Shown piece by piece: positions 9,750 to 21,391 of a DNA stretch of 64,000 nt; within the stretch, counting starts at the first letter, position 1, and each line of letters starts with the position of its first letter. The stretch covers positions 3,522 through 67,521 of the forward strand of contig JAZKJL010000002.1 in assembly GCA_040384325.1 (NCBI GenBank). The letters run 5' to 3'. The notes below the pieces were generated by a model. That model saw nothing but the letters and a program-made list of their open reading frames with translations. It was not told the DNA's origin and did no database searches. Position numbers and translations under genes: made by a program. The DNA is from Gemmatimonadota bacterium (GTDB lineage Bacteria; Gemmatimonadota; Gemmatimonadetes; Gemmatimonadales; Gemmatimonadaceae).

Positions 9750-9762
9750 TACGCACCACTGA

Positions 9763-11231
<1,469 letters not shown>

Positions 11232-11232
<1 letters not shown>

Positions 11233-11483
11233 TGCTGACGGTCTCCGTGATCTCCCCCGAGAAGGTGCTGTTCGAGGGCCAGGCGAGTTCGGTGGTGGCG
11301 CCCGGCTTCGACGGCGAGCTGGGGATCCTGCCGGGGCATGCGCCGCTGATGACGGTGCTGGGGCGCGGGGTGCTGCGCCTTGGCGACGCCGGCTCGGCGC
11401 AGCGTTTCCAGGTGGACGGTGGCTTCCTGCAGGTGGTGGACAACGTGGTGCGGGTGGTGACGGAGTCGGCGACGCCGGCCTGA
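11232..11483 (+). CDS. atpC: F0F1 ATP synthase subunit epsilon, short form (83 aa, beta-sandwich domain only)
   Basis: MLTVSVISPEKVLFEGQASSVVAPGFDGELGILPGHAPLMTVL. Its ATG overlaps the atpD stop (TGATG). The ORF ends right after the N-terminal domain. Confidence 0.85.
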
Positions 11484-11511
11484 GTCACACGCACCAGTCG
11501 GTTGGATTGCG

Positions 11512-11543
11512 ACGGCGGGCCGCGATGGCCCGCCGTTGTTTTT
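11512..11543 (+). terminator. Rho-independent terminator of atpAGDC
   Basis: ACGGCGGGCC-loop-GGCCCGCCGT followed by TGTTTTT. Confidence 0.8.
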
Positions 11544-11844
11544 GGACCCCGGTCCTAATCCTCGTGTCCGGTCGGCTGACGACTCGCCGCCATTCCATCG
11601 CTCCCACGGACACCGGTGTCCGGTGAGCGCATCGCTGACGCGGCCCGCGACGTTATCGCCGTTTAATCCGCGAGCGCAAAGGTTCCGCTCGAAGATTGCG
11701 AGTCGATGAACTTTCGGTGTGGAACTTGTTACAGCCACGCCCGCTTGGCATTCTGTCGGTCCGCGGCGATGTCGCGCCGCTTGGTCACGCGCCGTCCCCG
11801 GAAGGTTTCCATGGGGGTGGTGCGTCTTCACCCGTGGGGGCACT

Positions 11845-14800
11845 ATGCGATTTGGAAGGTATGCGCTGGTCGCGGCGATGCTGGCACTCGGTGTGCCGCT
11901 CGCTGCGCAGCAGACTGCAGGTGGGGCGATCATCGGTCGCGTGACCGATCGAGTGAACGGGCAGGCCATCAGTGATGTCCGGGTGCAGATCGTGGGAACG
12001 CAGCGCGGTGGCCTGACGCGCACCAACGGCACTTATCGCATCGGCGGCGTGCCGAACGGCACCTACACGGTGCGCGCCTCGCGCATCGGCTACGCGGCTG
12101 CGACCGCCACCGCCACGGTGAGCGCCAACGGTGAGGCGACGGCGAACTTCGTGCTCAACGTCGCCGAGAACGTGCTCGACAAGGTGACCGTCTCGGGTGC
12201 CACCGGTGGCACGGCCCGCGCGCGCGAAGTCGGCGCCTCGGTGAGCCGCATCGACAGCACCTCGTTTAACGTCGCCGCCGTGACCAACCTGTCGCAGGTG
12301 CTCTCGGCGCGCACGCCGGGTGTGTCGGTGCAGTCGGGCGGCGGCACGATCGGCGTGTCGAACCGCATCCGTCTGCGCGGCCCGACGTCGATCAACCTGT
12401 CCAACGATCCGCTGCTGGTGATCGACGGCCTGGTGTCGACGAACAACACGAACAACTTCTCGGTCGGTGTCGGTGGTGCGACCACGTCGCGCCTCGACGA
12501 CATCAACCCGCAGGACATCGAGGACATCCAGGTGCTGAAGGGCGCCGCGGCGACCGCGCTCTACGGCACGGGCGCGGCGAACGGCGTGATCCAGATCACC
12601 ACCAAGCGCGGCAAGGCGGGCAAGGCGCGCTGGGGCATCTACAGCGAAGTCGGCTCCGAGCGCACGCTGGTGCCGGAGGCCGATCCGCTGACGTCCACGA
12701 ACTATCGCCAGATCGGTCGCAGTGCGACCGGTGCCCGCGTGAACTGCGGCCTCGAGGCGCAGGTGCTGCGCACGTGCGTGACGCGTGACACGCTGTATTC
12801 GACGTCGCCGTTCGCGAACGCGACGCCATTCCGCATCGGTGGCTCGACCCGCATGGGTGTGAACGTCAACGGTGGCAGCGAGCAGGTGCAGTACTACCTC
12901 GGCGGCGAACTCTTCCGCCAGAACGGCATCGTCGGTCCGAGTGGTGCACGCCGCACCAACCTGCGCGCGAACATCGGTGCGAACCTGACCTCGACGCTGC
13001 GCGCCGATGTCACGATCAGCTACCTGAAGAGCGTGCTGAACCTGCCGATCAACGACAACGCCTTCGCCGGTACGCTCAGCGCCGGCCTGCTCGGTGGTGC
13101 ATTCGACTGCACGCCGGCGACGCGCACGCGGATTTTCGAGTGCAATGCCGGCAGCGACTCGCTGTCCCGCGGGTATGTGTCGGTCAACGTGCCGGTGACG
13201 CAGTACTTCGCCCAGACGCAGCAGCAGGACGTGGACCGCCTGCAGACTGGCGTCACGTTCCGCTACACGCCGCTGCGCTGGCTGGAGAGCACGCTGCGCG
13301 CCGGCGGTGACTTCGTCTACCGCTACGACCAGTCGCTGGTGCCGCCGAACCAGGTCTTCCTGAACGCGGCCTCGATCGAGGGCAGCCGCTTCCAGGCGCG
13401 CGCCTACACGCCGACCTACACCGTGACGGCGAACACCAAGGCGTCGTACGACCTGACCAGCAACATCCGCCTCTCCACGCTCGTCGGCGGTCAGTACACG
13501 AACGAAGCCAACCGCTTCACCAGCGCGTTCGGCGCGATCCTGCTGCCGGGCACCTCGTCGCTCAGCGGCACCAACGCCCGCTTCGCGGTCAATGAAGTCA
13601 ACTCGCAGATCGTGACCACTGCCGGCGTGCTCGAGCAGACCGCCGCCTTCAACGACCGCCTGTTCCTGACTGCCGCCGTCCGCATGGACAACTCGAGCGT
13701 GTTCGGTGCCGGCTCGCGGGAGTTCGTGTTCTACCCGTCGTTCAGCGGCTCGTACGTGGTCTCGGACGAGTCGTGGTTCCCGAAGGCGAAGATCTTCGAC
13801 CAGCTGCGCCTGCGCGGCTCGATCGGTGAGGCCGGCAACCGCCCGGGCTTCCGTCAGTCGGAGACGTTCTTCAACGCCGTGTCGGTCAACGCCACCTCGT
13901 CGGACGCGAACCTCCCGGCCGTCACCATCGGTGGCCCGGTGGGCAACGCCCTGCTGAAGCCGGAGATCACGCGTGAGGTCGAGGGTGGATTCGACTTCTC
14001 GCTGTTCGGCAGCCGCGTGGACGGTGAGTTCACCGCCTTCCAGAAGGACACCCGCGACCTGCTCGTCGGTCGCGTGCTGGCACCGTCACTGGGTGTGGCG
14101 GCCAACCAGAACGTGAACCTGTCCAAGATGACCACCAAGGGCATCGAGGGCACGATCAACGTCAAGCTGATCGAGACCAAGCCGTTCAGCTACGCGCAGC
14201 GTTTCACCGTCACCACGTTCAACAACAAGATCGGTGAGCTGGGTATCATCGATGGGCAGCCGATCGCCCCGATCATCGCGGGCACGCAGCAGTTCCGCGC
14301 CGGCTACCCGGCCGGTGGCTACTTCCAGCGCAAGATCCTCAGCTTCGAGGATCGCAACGCCGACGGCATCATCAGCCGCGTGAACTGCCCGGCCTACGGC
14401 GGTCTCGCCAACCCGATCCTGGTCGGTGGTGGCGCCTGCGAGATCCAGCTGTCCGACTCGCTCGAGTACCTCGGCAGCCCGCTGCCGACGCGACAGGTGT
14501 CGTTCCAGTCCGACATCCGCGTGGCGAAGAACCTCCAGTTCAACGTGCTGGTCGACTACCGCGGTGGCGCACGCCTGTACAACAACACGCGTGAGTTCCG
14601 CAACAACGGTGGCTTCGCCAATGGCCCGGACTTCTGGGACATCAACGCACCGCTCGCCGACCAGGCGAAGTCCGCTGCCCGCGCGATGGGCACCAGCGAC
14701 GGCTACATCGAGGACGCCAGCTTCGTGCGTCTCTCGGAAGTCTCGATGACGTGGGTGGTGCCGGCCGCTGCGGCCCGCATCCTGAAGAGCGGTGGCCTGA

Positions 14801-14958
14801 GCGTCACGGTGGCTGGCCGCAACCTCGGCCTGTGGACCGACTACACCGGCTTCGATCCCGAGGTGCTCACCAACCCGGGCGCGAACTTCGGCACCACGGA
14901 CTTCCTGACCAACCCGCCGTCACGCTCGTACACGCTCCGCGTGAACTTCAACTTCTGA
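11845..14958 (+). CDS. SusC/RagA-family TonB-dependent outer-membrane receptor (locus 1, 1037 aa)
   Basis: Signal peptide, then an N-terminal CarboxypepD_reg domain (IIGRVTDRVNGQAISDVRVQIVGT...YTVRASRIGY). TonB-box-like LDKVTVSG, plug (VLKGAAATALYGTGAANGVIQITTKRG), a long barrel and a terminal aromatic residue (NFNF). Confidence 0.9.
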   Translation: MRFGRYALVAAMLALGVPLAAQQTAGGAIIGRVTDRVNGQAISDVRVQIVGTQRGGLTRTNGTYRIGGVPNGTYTVRASRIGYAAATATATVSANGEATANFVLNVAENVLDKVTVSGATGGTARAREVGASVSRIDSTSFNVAAVTNLSQVLSARTPGVSVQSGGGTIGVSNRIRLRGPTSINLSNDPLLVIDGLVSTNNTNNFSVGVGGATTSRLDDINPQDIEDIQVLKGAAATALYGTGAANGVIQITTKRGKAGKARWGIYSEVGSERTLVPEADPLTSTNYRQIGRSATGARVNCGLEAQVLRTCVTRDTLYSTSPFANATPFRIGGSTRMGVNVNGGSEQVQYYLGGELFRQNGIVGPSGARRTNLRANIGANLTSTLRADVTISYLKSVLNLPINDNAFAGTLSAGLLGGAFDCTPATRTRIFECNAGSDSLSRGYVSVNVPVTQYFAQTQQQDVDRLQTGVTFRYTPLRWLESTLRAGGDFVYRYDQSLVPPNQVFLNAASIEGSRFQARAYTPTYTVTANTKASYDLTSNIRLSTLVGGQYTNEANRFTSAFGAILLPGTSSLSGTNARFAVNEVNSQIVTTAGVLEQTAAFNDRLFLTAAVRMDNSSVFGAGSREFVFYPSFSGSYVVSDESWFPKAKIFDQLRLRGSIGEAGNRPGFRQSETFFNAVSVNATSSDANLPAVTIGGPVGNALLKPEITREVEGGFDFSLFGSRVDGEFTAFQKDTRDLLVGRVLAPSLGVAANQNVNLSKMTTKGIEGTINVKLIETKPFSYAQRFTVTTFNNKIGELGIIDGQPIAPIIAGTQQFRAGYPAGGYFQRKILSFEDRNADGIISRVNCPAYGGLANPILVGGGACEIQLSDSLEYLGSPLPTRQVSFQSDIRVAKNLQFNVLVDYRGGARLYNNTREFRNNGGFANGPDFWDINAPLADQAKSAARAMGTSDGYIEDASFVRLSEVSMTWVVPAAAARILKSGGLSVTVAGRNLGLWTDYTGFDPEVLTNPGANFGTTDFLTNPPSRSYTLRVNFNF

Positions 14959-14965
14959 CATTGCC

Positions 14966-16375
14966 ATGACTTTCTCTTTCGAGACTTCGCGGCGATCCGT
15001 CGGGCTCCTGCTTTCGGGCCTCGCCCTGTCGCTGTCCGCCTGTGACATCGACAAGACGCTGGCCGTGAAGGACCCGGATGTCGCCAACCCGACCTCGCTG
15101 AACGACATCACGGTGCTGCCGACGCTTCGCGCCAGCACGATTTCCGACCTGCAGGTCGCCTTCAGCGCCAACGGCGAGGACGGCGTGGTGAACTACGGCG
15201 CCCTGCTGGGTGACGAGTTCACGTGGTCGGAGACGTTCCCGACGCGCGGTGAGATGGACCAGCGCAACATCAACCCGATCAACGGCACGTTGAGCGTGTT
15301 GTACAACAACCTGCAGCGCGCCCGTGCCACCGCTGATCGCACGTCGGCGTCGTACTATCGCCTGGCGCCGACGCAGATCGGCCGTTCGGAGACGCAGGCC
15401 ATCGCTGCCTACACGTACATCCTCCTCGGCGAGACGTTCTGCAACGGCGTGCCGGTGTCGGATTTCGACGTCAACGAAGGCACGTTCGTGCTCGGCACGC
15501 CGCAGACGACCGCGCAGCTGTTCGCGACCGCCCTCGCCAAGCTGGACTCGGCCCTGGTCGGTGTGGATGTGTCGTTGGCTGCCAACGCGCAGGTGGTGAA
15601 CCTGATCCGTGTCGGTCGTGGCCGTGCGCTGCTCAACCTCAACCGCCCGGCCGATGCCGCAGCGGCGGTGGCGGCGGTGCCCACCACGTTCCGCTACGTG
15701 CTGTTCCACAGCGAGAACACCGGACGCCAGAACAACAACATCTTCGCGGTGTCGTTGAACTTCCCGCGCTTCTCGGTGTCGGGCAACGAAGGTGGCACGG
15801 GCCTCCGCTATCGTCTCGACAGCACCGACGTGCGCGTCTTTTCGCCGCGCGGCAAGGGCCTCGCCCTGTCGCCGAGCGTCGGCGCCGACGGCACCACGCC
15901 GCAGTTCGTGGTGACGAAGTACCCGTCACGGTCCGCGCCGGTGATCTTCGCCGATGGCGTCGAAGCGCGCCTGATCGAGGCGGAGAACACGGCTCGCACC
16001 GGTGGTGCGTACGTGACGATCCTGAACTCGTTGCGCGCGTCGGCCGCGACGCTGATCCTGACGCCGCCCGGCCCGTCCACGCTGCTGACGAATGCGCCGG
16101 CCGTGGCTGCGCTGCCGCCGCTGACGGCTGCCGCGACGCCGGCCGCGCAGGTCGACCAGGTGTTCCAGGAGCGCGCCTACTGGATGTTCCTGACCGGCCA
16201 TCGCCTCGGTGACATGCGCCGCCTGATCAAGTTCTACGGCCGCAACTCGGAGACGGTGTTCCCGACGGGCACCTACTTCAAGGGCGGCGCGTACGGCGTG
16301 GACGTGAACTTCCCGGTGCCGTTCCAGGAGACGAACAACCCGAACTTCACCCAGTGCCTGGATCGCAATCCATGA
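14966..16375 (+). CDS. SusD/RagB-family outer-membrane lipoprotein (locus 1)
   Basis: It lies immediately downstream of the SusC-like gene. Lipobox LSLSAC, TPR-like helical composition, length 469 aa. Confidence 0.8.
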   Translation: MTFSFETSRRSVGLLLSGLALSLSACDIDKTLAVKDPDVANPTSLNDITVLPTLRASTISDLQVAFSANGEDGVVNYGALLGDEFTWSETFPTRGEMDQRNINPINGTLSVLYNNLQRARATADRTSASYYRLAPTQIGRSETQAIAAYTYILLGETFCNGVPVSDFDVNEGTFVLGTPQTTAQLFATALAKLDSALVGVDVSLAANAQVVNLIRVGRGRALLNLNRPADAAAAVAAVPTTFRYVLFHSENTGRQNNNIFAVSLNFPRFSVSGNEGGTGLRYRLDSTDVRVFSPRGKGLALSPSVGADGTTPQFVVTKYPSRSAPVIFADGVEARLIEAENTARTGGAYVTILNSLRASAATLILTPPGPSTLLTNAPAVAALPPLTAAATPAAQVDQVFQERAYWMFLTGHRLGDMRRLIKFYGRNSETVFPTGTYFKGGAYGVDVNFPVPFQETNNPNFTQCLDRNP

Positions 16376-16923
16376 GGAACTCACCGATGAAGCGCACTCT
16401 CGGCATTGCCGCGATGCTGGCCGCGACGGCCCTCACCGTCACGGCCTGCACCGAGGAGTATCCGAACCTTTCCAGCCTCGCACCGGCCAAGAAGACGTTC
16501 GTGGCGACGCTGGTGGGCACGAATGAAGTGCCGGCCGTCACCACCACGGCGGCGGGCAAGATGACGCTGGTGCAGGAAGACTCGGTCAACATCCTGTACA
16601 CGCTCGAGACGACCGCGGCCACCGACTCGGTGACGATGGCGCACATCCACGCCGGTGCGGCGGGTGCCAATGGTCCGATCATGGTGTGGTTCTTCCCGAC
16701 CGAAACGTCGCGCGCTGCGGGCACGGGCGGCGGGACGGCCGCTCGCGTCAACGGCATCCTGCGCGTGGGTCGCATCACGCGCGCGGGCACGGCGTTCGTG
16801 GCGCCGTTCACCTGGGATTCGCTGCTGACCCGGATGAACGCAGGCACGGCGTACGCCAACATCCACAGCCGCCAGTTCCCCGGCGGTGTGGTGCGCGGAC
16901 AGGTGGCGGCAGCGACGCCGTAA
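16372..16923 (+). CDS. CHRD domain-containing lipoprotein
   Basis: Lipobox LTVTAC. CHRD motifs: LVGTNEVP, MAHIHAGAAGANGPIMV, ANIHSRQFPGGVVRGQV. ATGA overlap with the SusD stop; an alternative ATG is at 16387. Confidence 0.8.
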   Translation: MRNSPMKRTLGIAAMLAATALTVTACTEEYPNLSSLAPAKKTFVATLVGTNEVPAVTTTAAGKMTLVQEDSVNILYTLETTAATDSVTMAHIHAGAAGANGPIMVWFFPTETSRAAGTGGGTAARVNGILRVGRITRAGTAFVAPFTWDSLLTRMNAGTAYANIHSRQFPGGVVRGQVAAATP

Positions 16924-16945
16924 ACATTCGGCGCCCTGCAGTCCC

Positions 16946-16989
16946 CTGCGTCCCGTCCAGCCCCGGCTGGGCGGGACGCAGCGCTTTTA
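16946..16989 (+). terminator. Rho-independent terminator of SusCD locus 1
   Basis: Long interrupted stem CTGCGTCCCG.CCAGC-CCCG-GCTGG.CGGGACGCAG followed by CGCTTTTA. Confidence 0.75.
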
Positions 16990-17076
16990 TCGCCTCAGCC
17001 TTGCGAAACGGCACAGTTGGTGCGAGTAGGGAAAGGGCAACCCCTGTTCCACCCCACTCTGCGCCCGCACCAGTCC

Positions 17077-17505
17077 ATGTCAGAGCTCGCCCCGCCCGCA
17101 GCGATCACCTCGGCCAGTGCGCCGGACGGCAGTGCCGTCCCGCGGCAGCGGATCGTGGTGGCTGAGGATCATGCGGAGATGGCGGACGTGCTCCAGACAT
17201 ACCTGGAGGCGGCCGGGTACGACGTGCACCTGGCCCGCGACGGCGTGATGGCGGCCGAGTTGATCGACTCGGTGCGGCCCGTGCTGGCGGTGCTGGATGC
17301 CAACATGCCGGGCCTCAGCGGATGGACGTTGCTCGGCCGGTTGAAGGAGCGGGGGCGCGAGGCGCCGCTGGTGGTGATGCTGACGGGGGACGATGACTTC
17401 CCCCCGGAGTCGGCGAGCGCCGACGTCATCCTGCGCAAGCCGGCCGCATTGCGGCGCGTGGCTTCGGTGCTGGCGGACCTGCTGGCCGGCCGACCGGCTG
17501 CCTGA
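17077..17505 (+). CDS. Single-domain response regulator (CheY-like receiver only)
   Basis: RIVVAEDHAEMADVL..., phospho-acceptor context VLAVLDANMPGLSG, VVMLTG. There is no output domain and no kinase gene in the window. Confidence 0.8.
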   Translation: MSELAPPAAITSASAPDGSAVPRQRIVVAEDHAEMADVLQTYLEAAGYDVHLARDGVMAAELIDSVRPVLAVLDANMPGLSGWTLLGRLKERGREAPLVVMLTGDDDFPPESASADVILRKPAALRRVASVLADLLAGRPAA

Positions 17506-17969
17506 GGACCGCGGCATCCGCTGATCGCCAGGCCGTGGCCGATGAGGCTTTCCTCATCACGATCGACAGTCACCGACGCGCGACGCGGCCCTGATACATC
17601 GCACCGGGTGCCTTGTATCGCGCCAGACACGCTCATACACTTCGCGGTTCATCCGGACTGGTCCGCGCGCGTGACGCTGCGCTCCATCCGGAGGTACGCG
17701 TCATCCGGTAGCAGTTGCGCAGGGCGGTTGACGGTGCCCTGCCTGCACGATATCGCAGTCCTCGTCGGGTCTGAATGCAGATCCCGGCGTGTCTACACCG
17801 TCCGACGTCTGGACGGCGTTCGTCGTTCCTGTCGCGAGTTACTACGGCAGGATCCCGCAGTTAGTTCCACCCCGGGCGGTCGGCTGCCGGGGTGACGCTC
17901 CGGAGCGATCCGGGGCGGATTCACCAGCCGACGGATCTCCACGTGCGACCGGATTCAGGAGTCCCAGAT

Positions 17970-20900
17970 ATGACACGTACGTCGTGGGCAGGGTTGCCTC
18001 GCGTTGCTGCGGTCCTCGCCATGCTGTGTGGCACAGCAGCGGTGGCCGAAGCGCAGAATGCGACCATTCAGGGCAGGGTCACGTCAGAGCAGGGCCGCCC
18101 GATCGAGGGCGCGAACGTGTTCGTCACGGAGCTCGGCCTGTCGGTGGGGTCCAACGCCGCCGGCAACTTCACCATCACCGTGCCGGGTGCACGCGTGCGT
18201 GGTCAGACGGTGCTGCTGCGCGCTCGCGCCATCGGCCAGCGCCCGGACAGCAAGTCGATCGTGCTGCGTCCCGGCGTGATCACCCAGAACTTCGTGCTCA
18301 CGGCGGACGTCAACCGCCTCAGCGAAGTGGTGGTGACCGGTGTGACCGGCGCGACCGAACAGACCAAGACGCCATTCGCGATCTCGCGCGTGACGGCTGA
18401 CCAGATGCCCGTGGTCGCGGTGAACCCGCTCACGCAGCTGCAGGGCAAGGTGGCCGGCGCCCAGATCGTGAGCGCCTCCGGCCGTCCGGGCTCCAGCCCG
18501 AGCGTCATCCTCCGCGCCCCGACGTCGATCAACGCCTCCGGCCGCTCGCAGGAGCCGCTGTACGTGGTTGACGGCATCATCATCAACGGCGCGCTGCCGG
18601 ACCTGAACCCGGAAGACATCGAGGCCGTCGAAGTCGTCAAGGGCGCCGCCGCGGCGTCGCTCTACGGCGCACGTGCCGGCAACGGCGTGATCCAGATCAC
18701 GACCAAGACCGGCAAGACCGCCACGCAGAACTCGATCCGTTTCGGCGCCCGCCAGGAAGTCGGCATGGGTGACCTCGAGCGCACGATCGCCATCGCCCAG
18801 CGCCACGGCCTGGCGGTGGACGAGACGGGCACGCGCCTCTGCTCCGGCTCGGCTCCGGCCGTTCCCGGCATGACGTTCGGCTGCTATCGCAGCATCGACT
18901 ACGATCGCGAAGTGCTGCGCGTGAACCAGAACAACCTCGACTACGCAGCCACGCCGGTGAACTTCCCGATCGATCCTGGCGCCGGTTCGCAGGGTGCGCA
19001 GCTGCGCAACAACTTCCAGGCCAACCAGTGGCCGAACCGCACGTACGACGCGGTGGGCCAGACCTTCCAGCCGCAGCCGACGACGATCAGCAACTTCGAC
19101 GTCACCGGCCGCTTCGGGAAGACGACGTTCTTCGGCAGCCTGAACCGCCTCGATCAGGGCGGCTCGATCCGCTACCTGAACGGCTTCCAGCGCAACTCGA
19201 TGCGCCTGAACGTGGACCAGGTGGTGAACGACAAGTTCTCGTTCAACGCCAACACGTTCTTCAGCCGCTCGTCGCAGGACGGCCTGAACCAGGAAGACGG
19301 CAACGGCAACGCATTCTTCCGCCTCACCCGCGTGCCGCCGCTGTCGGACCTGACGCGGACGGACAGCCTTGGCCGCCTGCTGGTTCGCAACAACCTGCAG
19401 AGCGCCGGCGTGCAGAACGAAAACCCGCTCTACTCGCTGCAGAACATCGATCGCAACGACGAGACCGACCGCTTCCTGGCCGGTGCCACCGCGCGCTATG
19501 CAGCGCTGTCGTGGCTCGACCTCGAAGCCAACTTCTCGTTCGACAACAGCCGCGGCGTCGGCCGTCAGAACACCGACAAGGGCTTCCGCACCACGACCGG
19601 CCCGAGCACGGCGAACCTGGGCCAGGTGTTCCGCTTCAACACCAACGCACAGTCGTACAACGCGAGCATGAACGCGACCGCCCGCTGGAGCCCGTTCGAC
19701 GACCTCCGCACCCGCTACACGGTGCGCTACATCGCCGAGGAGCAGCAGTTCAGCAACGTCGTGTCGCAGGGCTCGCAGCTGCAGCTGCAGGGCGTGCCGC
19801 AGGTCGGCAACACGCTCTCGACCACCCGTACCGGCTCGTCGTTCCAGCAGACGGTGCGCGGCATCGGCTTCTTCGGCTCGGTGAACCTCGAGTACAAGGA
19901 CCGCTACATCATCGACGCCCTGGTGCGTCGTGACGGCTCGTCGCTGTTCGGTGCCGAGCAGCGGTGGCAGAACTTCGGTCGCGCCTCGGTGGCGTGGCGC
20001 ATGACGCAGGAGCCGTGGTGGTTCATTCCGCAGGTGTCGGAACTGAAGCTCCGTGGTTCCTACGGTACGGCCGGTGGCCGTCCGAGCTTCGCCGCCCAGT
20101 ACGAGACGTTCTCGCTGAGCGCGGCCGGCGTCCCGATCCCGGGTGTGCTCGGCAACAACCAGCTCCGCCCGGAAGTGTCGCGTGAGCAGGAGTACGGTGC
20201 CGACTTCGAGCTCTTCAAGAAGCTCGGCGGCAACATCACGTACGCCAAGACGCGCGTGACCGACCAGATCCTGCAGCCGCCCCTTCCGGCGGCGTCGGGC
20301 TTCACCAGCCAGTGGACGAACGCGGGCACGCTGTCGAACAGCGCGTTCGAGGTCTCGCTCAGCATGCCGGTGATCACCACCCGCAACGTGAACTACACGG
20401 CGCGCCTCACGTTCGACCGCATCCGCTCCAAGGTGACGGAGCTGAACGTGCCGCCGTACAACTTCAGCAACACGGCCGCCGCGGGCATCTTCCGCGTCGA
20501 GACCGGCGTGCCGTACGGCACCATGTACGGCCGCAAGTTCATCAAGGACTGCAGCCAGATGCCGACCGCCTTCCGCAGCCAGTGCGGTGGCGCCGGTTCG
20601 GCCTTCCAGACCAACTCCGACGGCTTCGTGGTCTGGGTGGGCGAGGGCAACACGCAGCAGGACGGCGTGACGAAGAACCTGTGGAACGCCTCGCTGCCGG
20701 CGACGTCGGCACCGTTCGGTGTGGCCGCCGCGTGGGGCCACCCGCTGATCCAGCGTGACACGGTCAATGCGACCAACAACCCGGGCCTCATCCTGCCGCT
20801 CGGCACGGTGCTGCCGAAGTACCGTTGGTCCACCTCGCACACGCTGTCGTACAAGAAGCTGACGCTGAACGGCCTGGTCGACGCCACGGTCGGCAAGTCG

Positions 20901-21335
20901 GTGCACAACCAGGGCCTCGGCTGGTCGCTGCTGGACTTCCTGTACGGTGCTGCCGACCAGACGGGCCAGACGACGGCCACGGCGCGTCCGCAGTCGTACT
21001 ACTACCGCGCCGGCCCGCCGGACAACGCGGCTGGTATCGGCGGCCTGTACGACGTGCTTGGCCCGAACAACTACAGCGTCGAGGATGCCACGTTCGCCCG
21101 TCTGCGCGAACTGGTGCTCTCGTACCGCGTGGGCAAGGTCGCAAATGTCGGTGACTGGAACGTGAGCCTGATCGGCCGCAACGTCTTCACGTGGACGGAT
21201 TACCGCGGCTACGACCCGGAAGTGGGTCTCCAGGGCAACACGGGCCAGGCAGGGTCGGGTGTGCTGAATGCGGTGGACAACTTCACGTTCCCGAACATCC
21301 GCACGCTGACCTTCTCGATCGGCACCTCCTTCTGA
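17970..21335 (+). CDS. SusC/RagA-family TonB-dependent outer-membrane receptor (locus 2, 1121 aa)
   Basis: AGGAG 9 nt upstream of the ATG. Signal peptide, CarboxypepD_reg (IQGRVTSEQGRPIEGANVFVTE), LSEVVVTG, plug (VVKGAAAASLYGARAGNGVIQITTKTG), barrel, terminal F. Confidence 0.9.
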   Translation: MTRTSWAGLPRVAAVLAMLCGTAAVAEAQNATIQGRVTSEQGRPIEGANVFVTELGLSVGSNAAGNFTITVPGARVRGQTVLLRARAIGQRPDSKSIVLRPGVITQNFVLTADVNRLSEVVVTGVTGATEQTKTPFAISRVTADQMPVVAVNPLTQLQGKVAGAQIVSASGRPGSSPSVILRAPTSINASGRSQEPLYVVDGIIINGALPDLNPEDIEAVEVVKGAAAASLYGARAGNGVIQITTKTGKTATQNSIRFGARQEVGMGDLERTIAIAQRHGLAVDETGTRLCSGSAPAVPGMTFGCYRSIDYDREVLRVNQNNLDYAATPVNFPIDPGAGSQGAQLRNNFQANQWPNRTYDAVGQTFQPQPTTISNFDVTGRFGKTTFFGSLNRLDQGGSIRYLNGFQRNSMRLNVDQVVNDKFSFNANTFFSRSSQDGLNQEDGNGNAFFRLTRVPPLSDLTRTDSLGRLLVRNNLQSAGVQNENPLYSLQNIDRNDETDRFLAGATARYAALSWLDLEANFSFDNSRGVGRQNTDKGFRTTTGPSTANLGQVFRFNTNAQSYNASMNATARWSPFDDLRTRYTVRYIAEEQQFSNVVSQGSQLQLQGVPQVGNTLSTTRTGSSFQQTVRGIGFFGSVNLEYKDRYIIDALVRRDGSSLFGAEQRWQNFGRASVAWRMTQEPWWFIPQVSELKLRGSYGTAGGRPSFAAQYETFSLSAAGVPIPGVLGNNQLRPEVSREQEYGADFELFKKLGGNITYAKTRVTDQILQPPLPAASGFTSQWTNAGTLSNSAFEVSLSMPVITTRNVNYTARLTFDRIRSKVTELNVPPYNFSNTAAAGIFRVETGVPYGTMYGRKFIKDCSQMPTAFRSQCGGAGSAFQTNSDGFVVWVGEGNTQQDGVTKNLWNASLPATSAPFGVAAAWGHPLIQRDTVNATNNPGLILPLGTVLPKYRWSTSHTLSYKKLTLNGLVDATVGKSVHNQGLGWSLLDFLYGAADQTGQTTATARPQSYYYRAGPPDNAAGIGGLYDVLGPNNYSVEDATFARLRELVLSYRVGKVANVGDWNVSLIGRNVFTWTDYRGYDPEVGLQGNTGQAGSGVLNAVDNFTFPNIRTLTFSIGTSF

Positions 21336-21391
21336 TTCATGCTCAGCGGGTGGGCCGACCCGGCCTGCCCGCTCTTCTCCTGAGGGCAGTA

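Noticed and set aside
17506-17969. Possible riboswitch or regulator-binding structure in the 465-nt SusC-2 leader (small hairpin GATGAGG-CTTT-CCTCATC at 17541-17558; TTGACG-17-TATCGC near 17726).
   Set aside because: There is no B12-box or other riboswitch core I can recognise. The promoter-like match is weak and unsupported, so I did not report it as a feature.
18084-20906. Very long antisense ORFs opposite real genes. Examples: 940 aa opposite SusC-2, 1231 aa at 41359-45054 opposite SusC-3, 494 aa at 7255-8739 opposite atpA, 485 aa at 9697-11154 opposite atpD, and 609 aa at 54324-56153.
   Set aside because: These are typical mirror ORFs of high-GC genomes. Their translations are Arg/Ala/Gly/His-rich and low-complexity with no motifs, whereas the opposite strand encodes unmistakable conserved proteins.
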